Source: a virus
Lineage: Duplodnaviria; Caudoviricetes
IMG/VR virus record: IMGVR_UViG_3300028805_000074
Location: 1-64,000 of that record
Length of the DNA stretch: 64,000 nt
Strand: one strand, 5' to 3'
Positions 45,372 to 55,504 of the stretch are shown here, in pieces (within the stretch, counting starts at the first letter, position 1; each line of letters opens with the position of its first letter). The translations under genes and the position numbers were made by a program. The notes under the pieces were generated by a model that was not told the origin of the DNA, did no database searches, and saw only the letters and a list, made by a program, of their open reading frames with translations.

Positions 45372-46139
45372 ATGATTGATTTATTTGGAATTAAAGCGCG
45401 ACGGCTTGCCAAGGCACAAGCCGAGAAGCAAAAGTATCAGGAAAGGAAAGAGCGGATTGATGCTTACCTGACGGAATATCGAAAGGAAGAGCAGAAGAAG
45501 GCGAGTAAGGAGTACGCCGAACGGCAGAAGCATGCAGACGGTGTTAATTCTCAATGCCCGAAATGCAAGTCAAAGAACGTCATCCATCACATCATCCGCA
45601 CCAAAGGGGAAATCCACGGAGAAGGTTCGTCCTATTCATCCAGTACGCACTTTCTCATAGGATCCAGTTCGTCGTATGGCAGTCACTCCCGCTTAGACGG
45701 AAAGGTTGACACGCTGCCCGTCAACAAGTGTCAGGACTGCGGCAACGAGTGGAACATCGAAAAGGCAGAGTACCCTGAAGCAGAAAACATATTTGGTGGT
45801 TGCGACTCGCACTTCCTCTTCAGTGCCATCAATCAGTATCTCAAAATCAAGTATGACCCGTTTGATAAGACCGAGCCGTATAACTCATTGGAAGAAAAGC
45901 GTGAAGAGTTCTGCAAGAAAGAGTCTGGATATTATTATGCCGGTAAATACCGAAGTGTACCCAGATTCATGCTGGACTATGCCGTAGCCCGTGGTGGCAG
46001 GAGTGAATTTAGTTACGAAGAAGACACTGCAAAGGCTTTCGGCTTCTTGAACGACAACGACGAATACTCTTATATCATGCCCGACAAGATATGGGAAATT
46101 GCCAAGAAGATTATCCGATGGGAAGGGAATGAAGAATAA
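45372..46139 (+). CDS. Zinc-ribbon hypothetical protein
   Basis: CPKCKS...CQDCGNEW; lower GC than neighbours. Confidence 0.7.
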   Translation: MIDLFGIKARRLAKAQAEKQKYQERKERIDAYLTEYRKEEQKKASKEYAERQKHADGVNSQCPKCKSKNVIHHIIRTKGEIHGEGSSYSSSTHFLIGSSSSYGSHSRLDGKVDTLPVNKCQDCGNEWNIEKAEYPEAENIFGGCDSHFLFSAINQYLKIKYDPFDKTEPYNSLEEKREEFCKKESGYYYAGKYRSVPRFMLDYAVARGGRSEFSYEEDTAKAFGFLNDNDEYSYIMPDKIWEIAKKIIRWEGNEE

Positions 46140-46157
46140 ATTTAAAGCTACGAGATT

Positions 46158-46472
46158 ATGGAGAATGACGAAATCAAAATGTTTAAGGAGCAAGAGCGAG
46201 CCTCGATGATACGAGGGTATGCCAACGGCTATACAGCCCACTGGATAGACATGCACCCTCACGGTAAGACATACCGAACGCTTGACAATGCCAGCGGACT
46301 TGTAGCCCTACCTGAAGAGCAGATAATGCTGTTGCATCGTGACGGACCTGTCGTGATGTTCCTTGAAACCACAGGCGACCTCGATAGAATTGAAAAGGAA
46401 ATGCGCTTGGTGAGAACGGTAGACTATCCTAATGCGCAGTTACCACCATTAAACAGAAGGAAGAGTGAATGA
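46158..46472 (+). CDS. Hypothetical protein
   Basis: ATG after the AAAGCTAC leader. Confidence 0.6.
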   Translation: MENDEIKMFKEQERASMIRGYANGYTAHWIDMHPHGKTYRTLDNASGLVALPEEQIMLLHRDGPVVMFLETTGDLDRIEKEMRLVRTVDYPNAQLPPLNRRKSE

Positions 46473-46628
46473 TGATCGACAGACTTATACATGAATACCT
46501 CAGTGCGACCGACGACGAGCGTGCCGCCTTCCACGAAAGGGTGGCTCAGTGCGGACTGTCGGCAGCGGAACTCGTCAAGGCCGCCAATACGCTAAGTGAA
46601 ATTGCAAGGAACATTCAAACAAAATAAT

Positions 46629-46910
46629 ATGAAATTACAAACATTGTCACGAGTGGAGTTTGCGTTCAACGTGTTTATCGCAATCGTAATGCTCCCGTTC
46701 TGTATTATAAACATTGTCTTGTGGGTTGTAAGATACCCGTTTGACCGCATTGTCGATTTACTTGCATTGCTGCGGCAGCGGGTAGGCAACATACTGCTAA
46801 AGAAGTCCGACGAGGTGAAGGACGGTACGATATGCAATCCGATGTGCCTGCGTCAATACACCGCACGGTTTGCACTGAAAGAGTTAAAGAGACAAGCAAA
46901 TTTGAAATAA
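46629..46910 (+). CDS. Small membrane protein
   Basis: ATG 46629; hydrophobic N-terminal half. Confidence 0.55.
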   Translation: MKLQTLSRVEFAFNVFIAIVMLPFCIINIVLWVVRYPFDRIVDLLALLRQRVGNILLKKSDEVKDGTICNPMCLRQYTARFALKELKRQANLK

Positions 46911-46916
46911 AAGATT

Positions 46917-47219
46917 ATGGACTCGAAATTCAAGAAACAGATAGTGGACGGCTCGGAAACGATAGAGCAGCTGGCAAAGAAGATTTGTGGATATAGCCAC
47001 TTCGCCTACGAGAACGACGACCGCGAACACCCGATACCCATCAAGGCCGTCGAAGAATATCTAAGCGTCGGTGTGATGTTCGCCGACAAGAAACTGAAGC
47101 AGCTAAAGCAACTGGCCGATGCGATGTACTCGGCGGCGCAGTACCTTACCACCGACGCCTCGCGACTGCACAAGGCAATGGAAGAGTATCGACAGTTTAT
47201 CATTCACCTAAACAAATAA
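46917..47219 (+). CDS. Hypothetical protein
   Basis: ATG ORF in operon. Confidence 0.6.
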   Translation: MDSKFKKQIVDGSETIEQLAKKICGYSHFAYENDDREHPIPIKAVEEYLSVGVMFADKKLKQLKQLADAMYSAAQYLTTDASRLHKAMEEYRQFIIHLNK

Positions 47220-47224
47220 AGGTT

Positions 47225-47662
47225 ATGGAAGAAATTATCACAGACTTCGGCGAGGTCAGACTGTCGCTGAAGGAGTACAACGAAATGCGTGACAAGATCC
47301 GCAAGTTGGAAGAAGACAACGACGCGCTGGTGGAAGAGCGCGACCAGATTTGCGACGAGAACAAGGTGAGGGTGCGCCGGCAGACCATCGTCGAGACCCG
47401 CCTGACGACCAATCCCCGTGCCCTCGGTACGAAGGAAATCATCGAGGATAGGCTGGAGAACTGCGAGGACTTGAAGCAGGAAATCGACGCGAAAATCAAA
47501 GAGTGCGAAGAGGGTTGGATAAAGAAAGCCGACGAACTGCAGGAGAATCTCGACCGTGCGGAGAAGTCGCTTGAACAGTGCCAGCGGCAGAAGTTAGACG
47601 TCGAACTGGAACTGCAACGCCTGAAGGGACGTAACTGGTGGCAGCGATTGTGGAACATGTAA
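47225..47662 (+). CDS. Coiled-coil protein ending RNWWQRL
   Basis: Heptads, amphipathic C-terminus. Confidence 0.65.
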   Translation: MEEIITDFGEVRLSLKEYNEMRDKIRKLEEDNDALVEERDQICDENKVRVRRQTIVETRLTTNPRALGTKEIIEDRLENCEDLKQEIDAKIKECEEGWIKKADELQENLDRAEKSLEQCQRQKLDVELELQRLKGRNWWQRLWNM

Positions 47663-47674
47663 ACTGTAAGGATT

Positions 47675-48652
47675 ATGAAGATACTATCAAGACCAAAAGG
47701 AAATGCCGAGGAGTACGGACGCTGGGCGGTGAACGCCTACCTCGGATGCCCAAACCGCTGCAAATACTGCTACCTGCAGTCAGGCCCCGGCGCGAAGAAC
47801 CTGGGCGGCTCGGTGGCGAAACTGAAGACGCACGTCATCAACGAGGAGCACGCCTACCACCTGGCGATGGCCGAAATCATCGAGAACCGCGAGGCCATCA
47901 TCCGCGACGGCGGACTGTTCTTCACGTTCACCAGCGACCCGTGCATCAAGGATACGCGCAATCTGAATTTCACTATCGCCCACGACGCCCTGATGATGCG
48001 CATACCAGTAACGATGCTCACCAAAGACGCTACATTTCTCAACCTCGACCCGTTCGACGAGGAAATAATCGGCCTTGACAAAGAGGAAGACTGGCGGCGT
48101 AGCATTCCGTTCTATCATTCAGGCAGCGGACATCTCAGCTTCATCGACAATCCGCACTTCACAACCGACACGGCCATCATCGCCTTTGGCTTCACGCTTA
48201 CAGGTCACGATGAACTGGAGCCTAACGCCTCGCCTAATGAGGAGCGTATCAACGCCATGCAACGCCTGAACGAAAGAAACTTCAAGACATGGGCCTCGAT
48301 TGAGCCGGTCATCGAATTTCGCAGAAGCTACCGCATGATTCAGCAGGCGCTCGACGCAGGCTGCCGGCACTTCAAGATTGGCCTGATGACCAGCCGCACG
48401 AAGGTGTGCCGCAAGGGCTTCACGCTGGGCGGACAGGCCTTCGAGCCCTACGACCCCGCCCGCTGCCTGGCCTTCGTGCAGGACGTGATGCAGCTGACCC
48501 GCGACCGCGCCACCGTCTACTGGAAGCAGTCGTTCCGCGAGTTCATCGGCGGCACCCCGGCGCACCGCCTCTTTACCGACGACGAGCTACACAATATCTT
48601 CGACGACTACCCCAACGCCGTCGGCAAGGACTGGACGATGTTCAATATATAA
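47675..48652 (+). CDS. Radical SAM protein (SplB-like phage family)
   Basis: Y.GCPNRCKYCY (CxxxCxxC), F..TSDP, MLTK, EPNAS...RI.A, TWASIEP. Confidence 0.85.
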   Translation: MKILSRPKGNAEEYGRWAVNAYLGCPNRCKYCYLQSGPGAKNLGGSVAKLKTHVINEEHAYHLAMAEIIENREAIIRDGGLFFTFTSDPCIKDTRNLNFTIAHDALMMRIPVTMLTKDATFLNLDPFDEEIIGLDKEEDWRRSIPFYHSGSGHLSFIDNPHFTTDTAIIAFGFTLTGHDELEPNASPNEERINAMQRLNERNFKTWASIEPVIEFRRSYRMIQQALDAGCRHFKIGLMTSRTKVCRKGFTLGGQAFEPYDPARCLAFVQDVMQLTRDRATVYWKQSFREFIGGTPAHRLFTDDELHNIFDDYPNAVGKDWTMFNI

Positions 48653-48663
48653 AGGTAACGACT

Positions 48664-48837
48664 ATGGCAAACCGAGACATCACCTACTGCAACGGAAAAG
48701 GCTGCGGACTGCGCGAGCGCTGCCGCCGCTACGTGGACGGCCAGCGGATAATGACGAGCCAACAGGAGGGCCAGTACTACTGGATGGACAATTGCGACGA
48801 GGAGCATCGCGACGGATATGTGGAATTAACAACTTAA
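48664..48837 (+). CDS. Small Cys-rich protein (57 aa)
   Basis: DITYC.G..C..RE.C.RY motif. Confidence 0.6.
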   Translation: MANRDITYCNGKGCGLRERCRRYVDGQRIMTSQQEGQYYWMDNCDEEHRDGYVELTT

Positions 48838-48851
48838 AACAGATAAACATT

Positions 48852-49304
48852 ATGCAAGCAATCGACAAGAAGACAGGCATACTGATGGAGGTATTGCCAT
48901 CGAGCAAAAAGAGTGACGAAGGCAGCGATGTAATGGTGAGTCTTCAAGGATTCCGTTACCGCCGCGACGAACTGGAGTTCCCAGAGCAGCCGGTGGAGCC
49001 ACAGAGACTCTATGCGGTGCTGGAAAACGGACATGAGTTCGACGACCTGGATGCAGGCGAGTCGTCGCCTGTGTTCCTCTCGACCGACCACCGCCGCGCC
49101 CGCAGCATCTACAACCGCCTCGTGATACAGGCACGTCAGCAGGGGCTGGAAGGGAAGAAGCAGTACGGCGACGACTACTATGAAGAGGATGACGAGAACA
49201 ACGAGAACATGTTCTGCTACTACCTCGGCAAGTGGTGCTATACCTACCGCTTCGAGGAGTACCTGATGGACTCAGAGCGTGTAAAAGCAAGAAACGATTT
49301 TTGA
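48852..49304 (+). CDS. Hypothetical protein
   Basis: ATG 48852. Confidence 0.6.
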   Translation: MQAIDKKTGILMEVLPSSKKSDEGSDVMVSLQGFRYRRDELEFPEQPVEPQRLYAVLENGHEFDDLDAGESSPVFLSTDHRRARSIYNRLVIQARQQGLEGKKQYGDDYYEEDDENNENMFCYYLGKWCYTYRFEEYLMDSERVKARNDF

Positions 49305-49319
49305 AACTTTACCAGTGGA

Positions 49320-49562
49320 ATGAGTATAAAAGTGAGACGGTTTAACATTGAGCAGAACGGTGCCGTGATGACTAAGGACGGCGAGTTCCTGCACATCAAC
49401 GACATTATGCTGTTGTTGAAAGAAGAGCGTGAGTCGGCGGTGAACTGCATGAAGATCCATGAAGAAGCAGAAACGGATTTTTCTCAAAAGCAGCTGTTTG
49501 CATACAAGCATCAAGTGGATTTTATCAACAAATTGATTAACAAGATAAGAAAACAGGATTGA
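49320..49562 (+). CDS. Hypothetical protein
   Basis: AT-rich ORF in operon. Confidence 0.55.
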   Translation: MSIKVRRFNIEQNGAVMTKDGEFLHINDIMLLLKEERESAVNCMKIHEEAETDFSQKQLFAYKHQVDFINKLINKIRKQD

Positions 49563-49565
49563 CTT

Positions 49566-49838
49566 ATGGCAAAGACTATCGAAGAATTATCAGAGGAATA
49601 TACTGAAATCCAAATGAGCATCATCATTACGGCTGGCGAAGATGATGACAACTCTATTGCCGAGTATATTCAGGAGGCATGTAAGTATGGTGCAAACACC
49701 GTGCTTGAAGAAGTGAAGTCGGAAATAAAAAGGGCTTTCCTTGAAGACTACAATGACTTCTCTGATTACGACAGAGACCTTGCACAAGGTGTGCTTGGCT
49801 CTATAGATATTTTCATTGAAAGACTAAAATGTAGTTAG
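49566..49838 (+). CDS. Hypothetical acidic protein
   Basis: AT-rich ORF in operon. Confidence 0.55.
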   Translation: MAKTIEELSEEYTEIQMSIIITAGEDDDNSIAEYIQEACKYGANTVLEEVKSEIKRAFLEDYNDFSDYDRDLAQGVLGSIDIFIERLKCS

Positions 49839-49841
49839 ACT

Positions 49842-51446
49842 ATGGCAAGAAACGAAGATATCAACCTATTATACATCGACCTGTTCTGTGGGGCGGGCGG
49901 CACGTCAACGGGCGTGGAGTATGCCCGGCACGACGGGATGCCGTGCGCCAAGGTGGTGGCCTGCGTGAATCACGACAAGAATGCCATTCTCTCGCATCAG
50001 GCCAACCATCCGCACACGCTCCACTTCACCGAGGACATCCGCACGCTGGAACTGTCGCCGATGGTGAGCCACCTGCAGAAGATGAAGGCCGAATACCCCA
50101 AGGCCCGCGTGGTGTTATGGGCGAGTTTGGAATGTACGAACTTCAGCAAGGCGAAGGGCGGGCAGCCGCGCGATGCCGACAGCCGGACGCTGGCCGAGCA
50201 CCTGTTCCGCTACATCGAGGCGCTGCAGCCCGATTACATACAAATAGAGAACGTGGAGGAGTTTATGTGCTGGGGCGAACTGGACGAGCACGGCAAGCCC
50301 ATCAGCAAGCGCAAGGGGATTGACTACATGCGCTGGGTGATGCACGTCTGCGACTACGGCTACGACTTCGGGTGGCGCATCCTGAACGCTGCCGACTTCG
50401 GGGCCTACACCTCGCGCAAGCGGTACTTCGGGCAGTTCGCCAGGAAGGGACTGCCGATAGCCTTCCCACAGCAGACCCACGCCAAAAACGGCGACGAGGG
50501 CGGCATGTTCAAGATGTACAAGAAGTGGCGGCCCGTGCGCGAAGTGCTCGACCTCGACGACGACGGCGAGAGCATCTTCACTCGCAAGAAACCGCTGTGC
50601 GAGAAGACATTGGAGCGCATCTATGCCGGACTGGTGAAATTCGTGGCTGGCGGTAAGAAGCAGCACGAGCAGTTTATGATGCGATACAACACGGTGAGGG
50701 CGCAGGACACGGTGAAGTCGATTGAAGAGCCGTGCGGCGTGGTGACTACGGAGAACCGCTTTGCCAAGGTGAAGTGCCAGTTCCTCTCGAAGCAGTTCAG
50801 CGGCGACCCGTCGGGCAAGAACATCGACCTGGAGCAGCCCGCCGGCACCGTAACTTGTAAGGATCATCACGCCTTCGTTACCGCCTATTACGGCAACGGC
50901 TTCAACACAAGCATCGACGACCCGGCTCCCACCGTCACCACTAAGGACAGGATTTCGCTGGTGACGACGAAGTTCTTAGACAACCAGTACGGCAAGAGCA
51001 AGCCCACGTCCATCGACGCCCCGTCGCCTACCCTTCTGAACAATCCCAAGCAGAAAATCGTGTCGGCGCAGTATCTGATGAACCCGCAGTATCAGAGCGA
51101 CGGCGGCAGCATCGACAAGCCCTGCTTCACGCTCATTGCCCGCATGGACAAGATGCCGCCCTATCTGATTACCACCAAGGAGGGCGTGGTGGGCATCGCC
51201 ATCTACGACGACGACAGCCCCTGGACGCGACGGGTCAAGGAGTTCATGGCCGCCTACGGCATCGTGGACATCTGTATGCGTATGCTCAACATCGGCGAAC
51301 TGAAGCGCATCATGGGCTTCCCGACGGACTACACCCTCATAGGCACCCAGGCCGAGCAGAAGAAGTTCATCGGCAACGCCGTCGAGGTGAACATGAGCCG
51401 CGTGCTCTGCGAGGCCCTGAGCGAGCGACTGAGACAGATAGCGTAA
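49842..51446 (+). CDS. DNA (cytosine-5)-methyltransferase
   Basis: DLFCGAGG (I), WASLECTNFS (IV), IENVEEF (VI), TSRKR (VIII), RML...EL..IMGFP (IX), IGNAV (X). Confidence 0.92.
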   Translation: MARNEDINLLYIDLFCGAGGTSTGVEYARHDGMPCAKVVACVNHDKNAILSHQANHPHTLHFTEDIRTLELSPMVSHLQKMKAEYPKARVVLWASLECTNFSKAKGGQPRDADSRTLAEHLFRYIEALQPDYIQIENVEEFMCWGELDEHGKPISKRKGIDYMRWVMHVCDYGYDFGWRILNAADFGAYTSRKRYFGQFARKGLPIAFPQQTHAKNGDEGGMFKMYKKWRPVREVLDLDDDGESIFTRKKPLCEKTLERIYAGLVKFVAGGKKQHEQFMMRYNTVRAQDTVKSIEEPCGVVTTENRFAKVKCQFLSKQFSGDPSGKNIDLEQPAGTVTCKDHHAFVTAYYGNGFNTSIDDPAPTVTTKDRISLVTTKFLDNQYGKSKPTSIDAPSPTLLNNPKQKIVSAQYLMNPQYQSDGGSIDKPCFTLIARMDKMPPYLITTKEGVVGIAIYDDDSPWTRRVKEFMAAYGIVDICMRMLNIGELKRIMGFPTDYTLIGTQAEQKKFIGNAVEVNMSRVLCEALSERLRQIA

Positions 51447-51471
51447 CAAACAAATAGAAAGGAATAAGCGT

Positions 51472-51690
51472 ATGATACACTTTGGAAAAGAACCGTCGGG
51501 CGACCTGCAAATCTGCATCAGCCCCGACGAAGTGGGAGAAATCTTCGACCTGCTGCAGACCGCCGGACTGCTGCAGCGCCGCACGTTCGACGCGCTGGGC
51601 ACTTACATCAGGAAAGAGTTCGCCGCCGAGCTGGAGCAGTACCGCCGCCGCATGACGGCACAGATACCGAGAAAGGAGGGCGAGGGATGA
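51472..51690 (+). CDS. Hypothetical protein
   Basis: ATG ORF; stop overlaps the next start. Confidence 0.55.
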   Translation: MIHFGKEPSGDLQICISPDEVGEIFDLLQTAGLLQRRTFDALGTYIRKEFAAELEQYRRRMTAQIPRKEGEG

Positions 51691-52079
51691 AAACAAGAGA
51701 ACAGTTGGAGAAATGCCGACGCCCGTGGCCAGTGGCAGTGGTGGCGGCGATGAAGGAGTATGGTGGCGACGATATGGATTTTGAGCCGACTGTGGTAGAG
51801 GACGACTACGGAGTGTACTCCACGGGCTTCTTCCAGTGGAAAGGCAAGGAGATATTCATTACCATCGACGCTGGGCTATGGCACCTGTCGGCATCAACGA
51901 ACCACACTATTGGTTACTACGAGTTGAAGGAGCTGCGTTACGAGTTCATGCCAAACGCCATGTTCGTGGCACAGATATTCCCTCCACGCGAAGAGTTTGT
52001 GAACCTCGACCAGAACTGCTTCCACCTCTGGCAACTTGCACCGGGAGCCTACGCAGACTTTCCTGGTGACTCTGAATAA
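51687..52079 (+). CDS. Conserved phage protein
   Basis: WHLS.S, ELK..RY.F.P, QIFPP.EEFVN...CFHLW motifs. Confidence 0.75.
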   Translation: MKTREQLEKCRRPWPVAVVAAMKEYGGDDMDFEPTVVEDDYGVYSTGFFQWKGKEIFITIDAGLWHLSASTNHTIGYYELKELRYEFMPNAMFVAQIFPPREEFVNLDQNCFHLWQLAPGAYADFPGDSE

Positions 52080-52129
52080 TTTTTAATCAATTTCCCTGCG
52101 CAAGCAGGCTTAAAACAAAACAGCAAACA

Positions 52130-52513
52130 ATGGAACAGACAGGAACAATCATCCAAGTCATGCCGCCACAGAGCGGCGTAAGTCAACGGACCGGCAACCA
52201 GTGGATGTCACAGGAGTATGTGCTGGAGGTGCCGGGGCAGTACCCCAGGAAGATGGTCTTCCGAATCTTCGGCGAAGACCGCATCAAGCAATTCAATCTT
52301 CATCAGGGCGAGCAGAACGTGACGGTGCAGTTCGACATCGACGCCCACGAGTACCAGGGCCGTTGGTTCAACGAGATCAGAGCCTACAACGTCATCCGTC
52401 CCTACGTCGGCCAGCCCGCCCCGCAAGCCGCCGCACCGCAGCCCACGTCGCCAGCCCCCTTCCCACCGCCACAGCCCGTATCGCAGGACGGCACGGACGA
52501 TTTACCATTTTGA
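52130..52513 (+). CDS. DUF3127-like OB-fold protein (putative ssDNA-binding)
   Basis: G.W..QEYVLE..GQYP.K..F..FGED.I, FDIDA.E.QGRWFN, acidic DDLPF tail. Confidence 0.85.
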   Translation: MEQTGTIIQVMPPQSGVSQRTGNQWMSQEYVLEVPGQYPRKMVFRIFGEDRIKQFNLHQGEQNVTVQFDIDAHEYQGRWFNEIRAYNVIRPYVGQPAPQAAAPQPTSPAPFPPPQPVSQDGTDDLPF

Positions 52514-52527
52514 ACAAGTTCAAGAAA

Positions 52528-52583
52528 TTGCTTGGCGCTCGGCAGTCTGAAAGCGAGCTTTCGACTGCTCTCGCTTAGCGCAA
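52528..52583 (-). repeat. Dispersed GCTCGC-loop hairpin element
   Basis: agcgagagcagtcgaaa-gctcgc-tttcagactgc-cgagcg on the minus strand. Confidence 0.75.
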
Positions 52584-52621
52584 CATTTTAACGACAACGG
52601 ATTACACTAATTAAACGGATT

Positions 52622-52846
52622 ATGGCAAAGAGAGTAATTGTAACACTGACCTATGTGGCAGACGTGGACGACGATTTGGAAACCGACTATATCCACGAAC
52701 GGCTGGAGGACTATATCGACCAGCGAATCAACATGGATATCTACGACTGGGAGGGTGAGGACTCGTGGCTTGTCCCCCTGCAACTGCAACAGATGCAGAC
52801 AAGCATCGGTGGCAACACAATGGTAACAGTACAAAAGACGGATTAA
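52622..52846 (+). CDS. Small acidic protein
   Basis: ATG ORF. Confidence 0.55.
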   Translation: MAKRVIVTLTYVADVDDDLETDYIHERLEDYIDQRINMDIYDWEGEDSWLVPLQLQQMQTSIGGNTMVTVQKTD

Positions 52847-52858
52847 ACAGAACAACCA

Positions 52859-53335
52859 ATGAAGACAATTTACATTTCTGGCAGCATTACAAACAATGCT
52901 ACAGGTCAGCCACGAGAGGGCTGGCAGAAGGACTTTCTGGACGCAGAGGCAAGGCTGCGGGCGATGGGATTCTATGTGATTAACCCCGTGGACATTGCGC
53001 GGGAGGTGGAGGATGCGCTCAGGTGGCGGTACTACCACGTCGGCGGGCCGTGCTCATGTAACGGCGAGCCGGAGAAGCCGAGCCGTGCCGACTACATCAT
53101 GGCCTGCCTGCAGCGGATGCAGATGGCTCACGAGGCGGACGCGCTGCATGGCGTGTATGTCATCGGCGACAACGTGGCGTGCTACGAGTCGCGTGGTGTG
53201 CAGATGGAATTGTCGCTGGCCGAGGTGCTGGGTATTCCCATCTATGCCGAGTGCCGCACCGACTGCCGCGTGGATCATAACATCGTCGCCCTGCCAGGTG
53301 AGGGCGGCATCGAGGAATTGTTAAAGGAGGAGTGA
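52859..53335 (+). CDS. DUF4406-like (nucleoside deoxyribosyltransferase-like fold) protein
   Basis: IYISG.IT, F..AE..L...G..VINP, S.G...E..LA..LG. Confidence 0.8.
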   Translation: MKTIYISGSITNNATGQPREGWQKDFLDAEARLRAMGFYVINPVDIAREVEDALRWRYYHVGGPCSCNGEPEKPSRADYIMACLQRMQMAHEADALHGVYVIGDNVACYESRGVQMELSLAEVLGIPIYAECRTDCRVDHNIVALPGEGGIEELLKEE

Positions 53336-53489
53336 CCTATGAGTACAGTAATCGGACGAAAGTGCAGGACGTGTGGCTACTCATGTGGACTGGATCAGTA
53401 CCACCTATGGTGTCATTGGCTTGGCAGACCACGCAAGAAGAACGCCACAGAGTGTGAAGACGGATATAAACCAAAAGAAGAATAAGACT

Positions 53490-54026
53490 ATGGCAAAGAT
53501 TGAATTAAGACAGGAAGATCTTGACTTCCTGAAGGAACTGCAGCACGAACTGCTGACGCAGGACAACGACGGAACCGCCGACCCGCTGTATTGGGGCGTG
53601 ATGGAGGAAGAGACCGTCGGAGTGCCTGACGGTTGCGGCGACCCCATCATCTACATGGGCGACGGCGTGACGATGGACGTTGACGAAGCGGTGAAGTATA
53701 TCGAAGAGGGATATCTGAAAGACCTCGACGAAGCGAACCGTGAGGAATGGAACGAGAACACGGACAAGGGTTGCATGGATGATGTGGTGTACTTTATGAA
53801 CAACGTGCTCGACTGGCGGGATGTCCGCATTGTGTGGCAGGAGAAGCAGGAGGTCATCAGCCGCGAGACGGGTGCCTTCCTCACCAAGAGGGCTTGTAAG
53901 GAGTATATTCAGAAATGCGGCTACAACCACACGAACCCGCACACCTACGCCATGTGCGCCTACCGCAACTACGAGCTTGACCGTCTGCTGAAGATATTGA
54001 AGACAATGAAATTTGAGGAGGACTGA
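53490..54026 (+). CDS. Conserved phage protein
   Basis: ATG 53490; FLKELQHEL.TQD.DG.A.P.YW and FLTKRAC..YI....YN....HTYA motifs. Confidence 0.7.
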   Translation: MAKIELRQEDLDFLKELQHELLTQDNDGTADPLYWGVMEEETVGVPDGCGDPIIYMGDGVTMDVDEAVKYIEEGYLKDLDEANREEWNENTDKGCMDDVVYFMNNVLDWRDVRIVWQEKQEVISRETGAFLTKRACKEYIQKCGYNHTNPHTYAMCAYRNYELDRLLKILKTMKFEED

Positions 54027-54029
54027 CGT

Positions 54030-54284
54030 ATGACCAAAGAAGAAATTGAAATCGGCAAATGCTATTCTTGCAAGGACGATGCGCTCTATAAAGTCGTCGC
54101 CACGGGAAAGGACTGGGTGTGCGTCCTGCACTACTCTTACAACCATTGTGTATGTACGGCTGAGTTTCACGACTACGAGTTCTTCAAGGACTTGCAGGAA
54201 GAGACTGAACAGTGGATGTACGACATCTTCTGCGGCTTGCGGCTGAATAAGAAATGGGATTATCTGACCAACAAGGAGGACTGA
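54030..54284 (+). CDS. Hypothetical protein
   Basis: Flanked by identical GGAGGACTGACGTATG junctions. Confidence 0.6.
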   Translation: MTKEEIEIGKCYSCKDDALYKVVATGKDWVCVLHYSYNHCVCTAEFHDYEFFKDLQEETEQWMYDIFCGLRLNKKWDYLTNKED

Positions 54285-54287
54285 CGT

Positions 54288-54857
54288 ATGAGAGGCAAGC
54301 AATGGACTTTTGTGAGACCTGCCAAGGAGGGCGGCGTCATCAGGTTTCTGAACAGCAGCGGCGAGACGTTCGGCGCAAAGTATCAGGCACAGAAGTGGCT
54401 GCACGAGCACGGCTACAGCTACGGCTCGACGGACCTGAGCCCCTACGTGCCGGCGATGAAGGGCGAGCGGTACGACCTGCCGCAGAAGCTGCACAACTTC
54501 GACCGGGAGGACCTGAAGCGGGTGGACGCCGTGATGTTCTCCTACGACTACCGCGACGGCTGGGTGGAGGTATGGCTGGTGGAGTGGATGGAGATGCTCG
54601 ACCTGGTGCTGACCTACCAGTGGTTCGACATGATAGACCGTGGCGAGAAACGGGAGGAGTACCGCCGCATCTGCGACTACTGGACGAAGCGCCTCGCTGG
54701 CAAGCACTACACGCACATCCGCTTCCGCCGTGGCTACACCGGCCGCACGGCGATATTCCGCTACGAGGGATTCCGCGAGGGCACGGGCAATGCCGACTGG
54801 GGAGCCCCGGCGAACGAGCGGGTGTATATCCTGCCGATTGGCGAAAGGTATAAGTGA
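54288..54857 (+). CDS. Fusion protein with C-terminal ASCH domain
   Basis: L.L...WFDMI..GEK.EEYR....YW..RL and F..GY ASCH signature. Confidence 0.75.
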   Translation: MRGKQWTFVRPAKEGGVIRFLNSSGETFGAKYQAQKWLHEHGYSYGSTDLSPYVPAMKGERYDLPQKLHNFDREDLKRVDAVMFSYDYRDGWVEVWLVEWMEMLDLVLTYQWFDMIDRGEKREEYRRICDYWTKRLAGKHYTHIRFRRGYTGRTAIFRYEGFREGTGNADWGAPANERVYILPIGERYK

Positions 54858-54883
54858 TAAGAATATTAAAAGGTAAACGAATT

Positions 54884-55504
54884 ATGATAGGACATCCATT
54901 TTTGACAGCGATTGGCGACTGGGTAATGGTCGCACTGAAAGACGACGGCACTCCGGTTGGTATCGGCGACAAGCCTGCCCGCGTTGAAGTCTGCGAGGTG
55001 ATAGGCATCGTCGAGGAAGAACGTGGACTGATGGTGCACCTTATCGGTGAGAACGACGAGAAGTTCAAGGTGGGGTATTACAACATCCGCCACATAAGCA
55101 TCAGCGACGAAGCGCTGCAGGCTTTCGGCTTTGAGCCGTGCGACGGCGACAAGTACGCTTCCGACTGGCTCTTCGACACGCACCGCTGGCGGCTCGACTG
55201 CCGCAATGTGGGCAACCCTGAGCTGGGCTACTTCTATATCTCTTGGAATACGGACAATATAGAACTTGGTCGCTCGTACCGCATCATCTGCCGTGACTAT
55301 GGCGACGACATGAGTCTGCTGGAGGATACGATAGCCGAGTTGCAGCACTTCTTCTTCCGCTACAACAGCGAGTGGCCGATGCCGATGGAGTACAAAGGCC
55401 GTTCGCATTTCAAGACGACGAAGCGGCACGAGCCGTCGGCAGGTCCCATCTTCGAGGCGATCGGTATAGACAAGAGACTGATTGGAATGGAGGACAGCGT
55501 ATGA
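54884..55504 (+). CDS. Hypothetical protein
   Basis: ATG 54884; IGDWV and L..FGF motifs. Confidence 0.6.
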   Translation: MIGHPFLTAIGDWVMVALKDDGTPVGIGDKPARVEVCEVIGIVEEERGLMVHLIGENDEKFKVGYYNIRHISISDEALQAFGFEPCDGDKYASDWLFDTHRWRLDCRNVGNPELGYFYISWNTDNIELGRSYRIICRDYGDDMSLLEDTIAELQHFFFRYNSEWPMPMEYKGRSHFKTTKRHEPSAGPIFEAIGIDKRLIGMEDSV

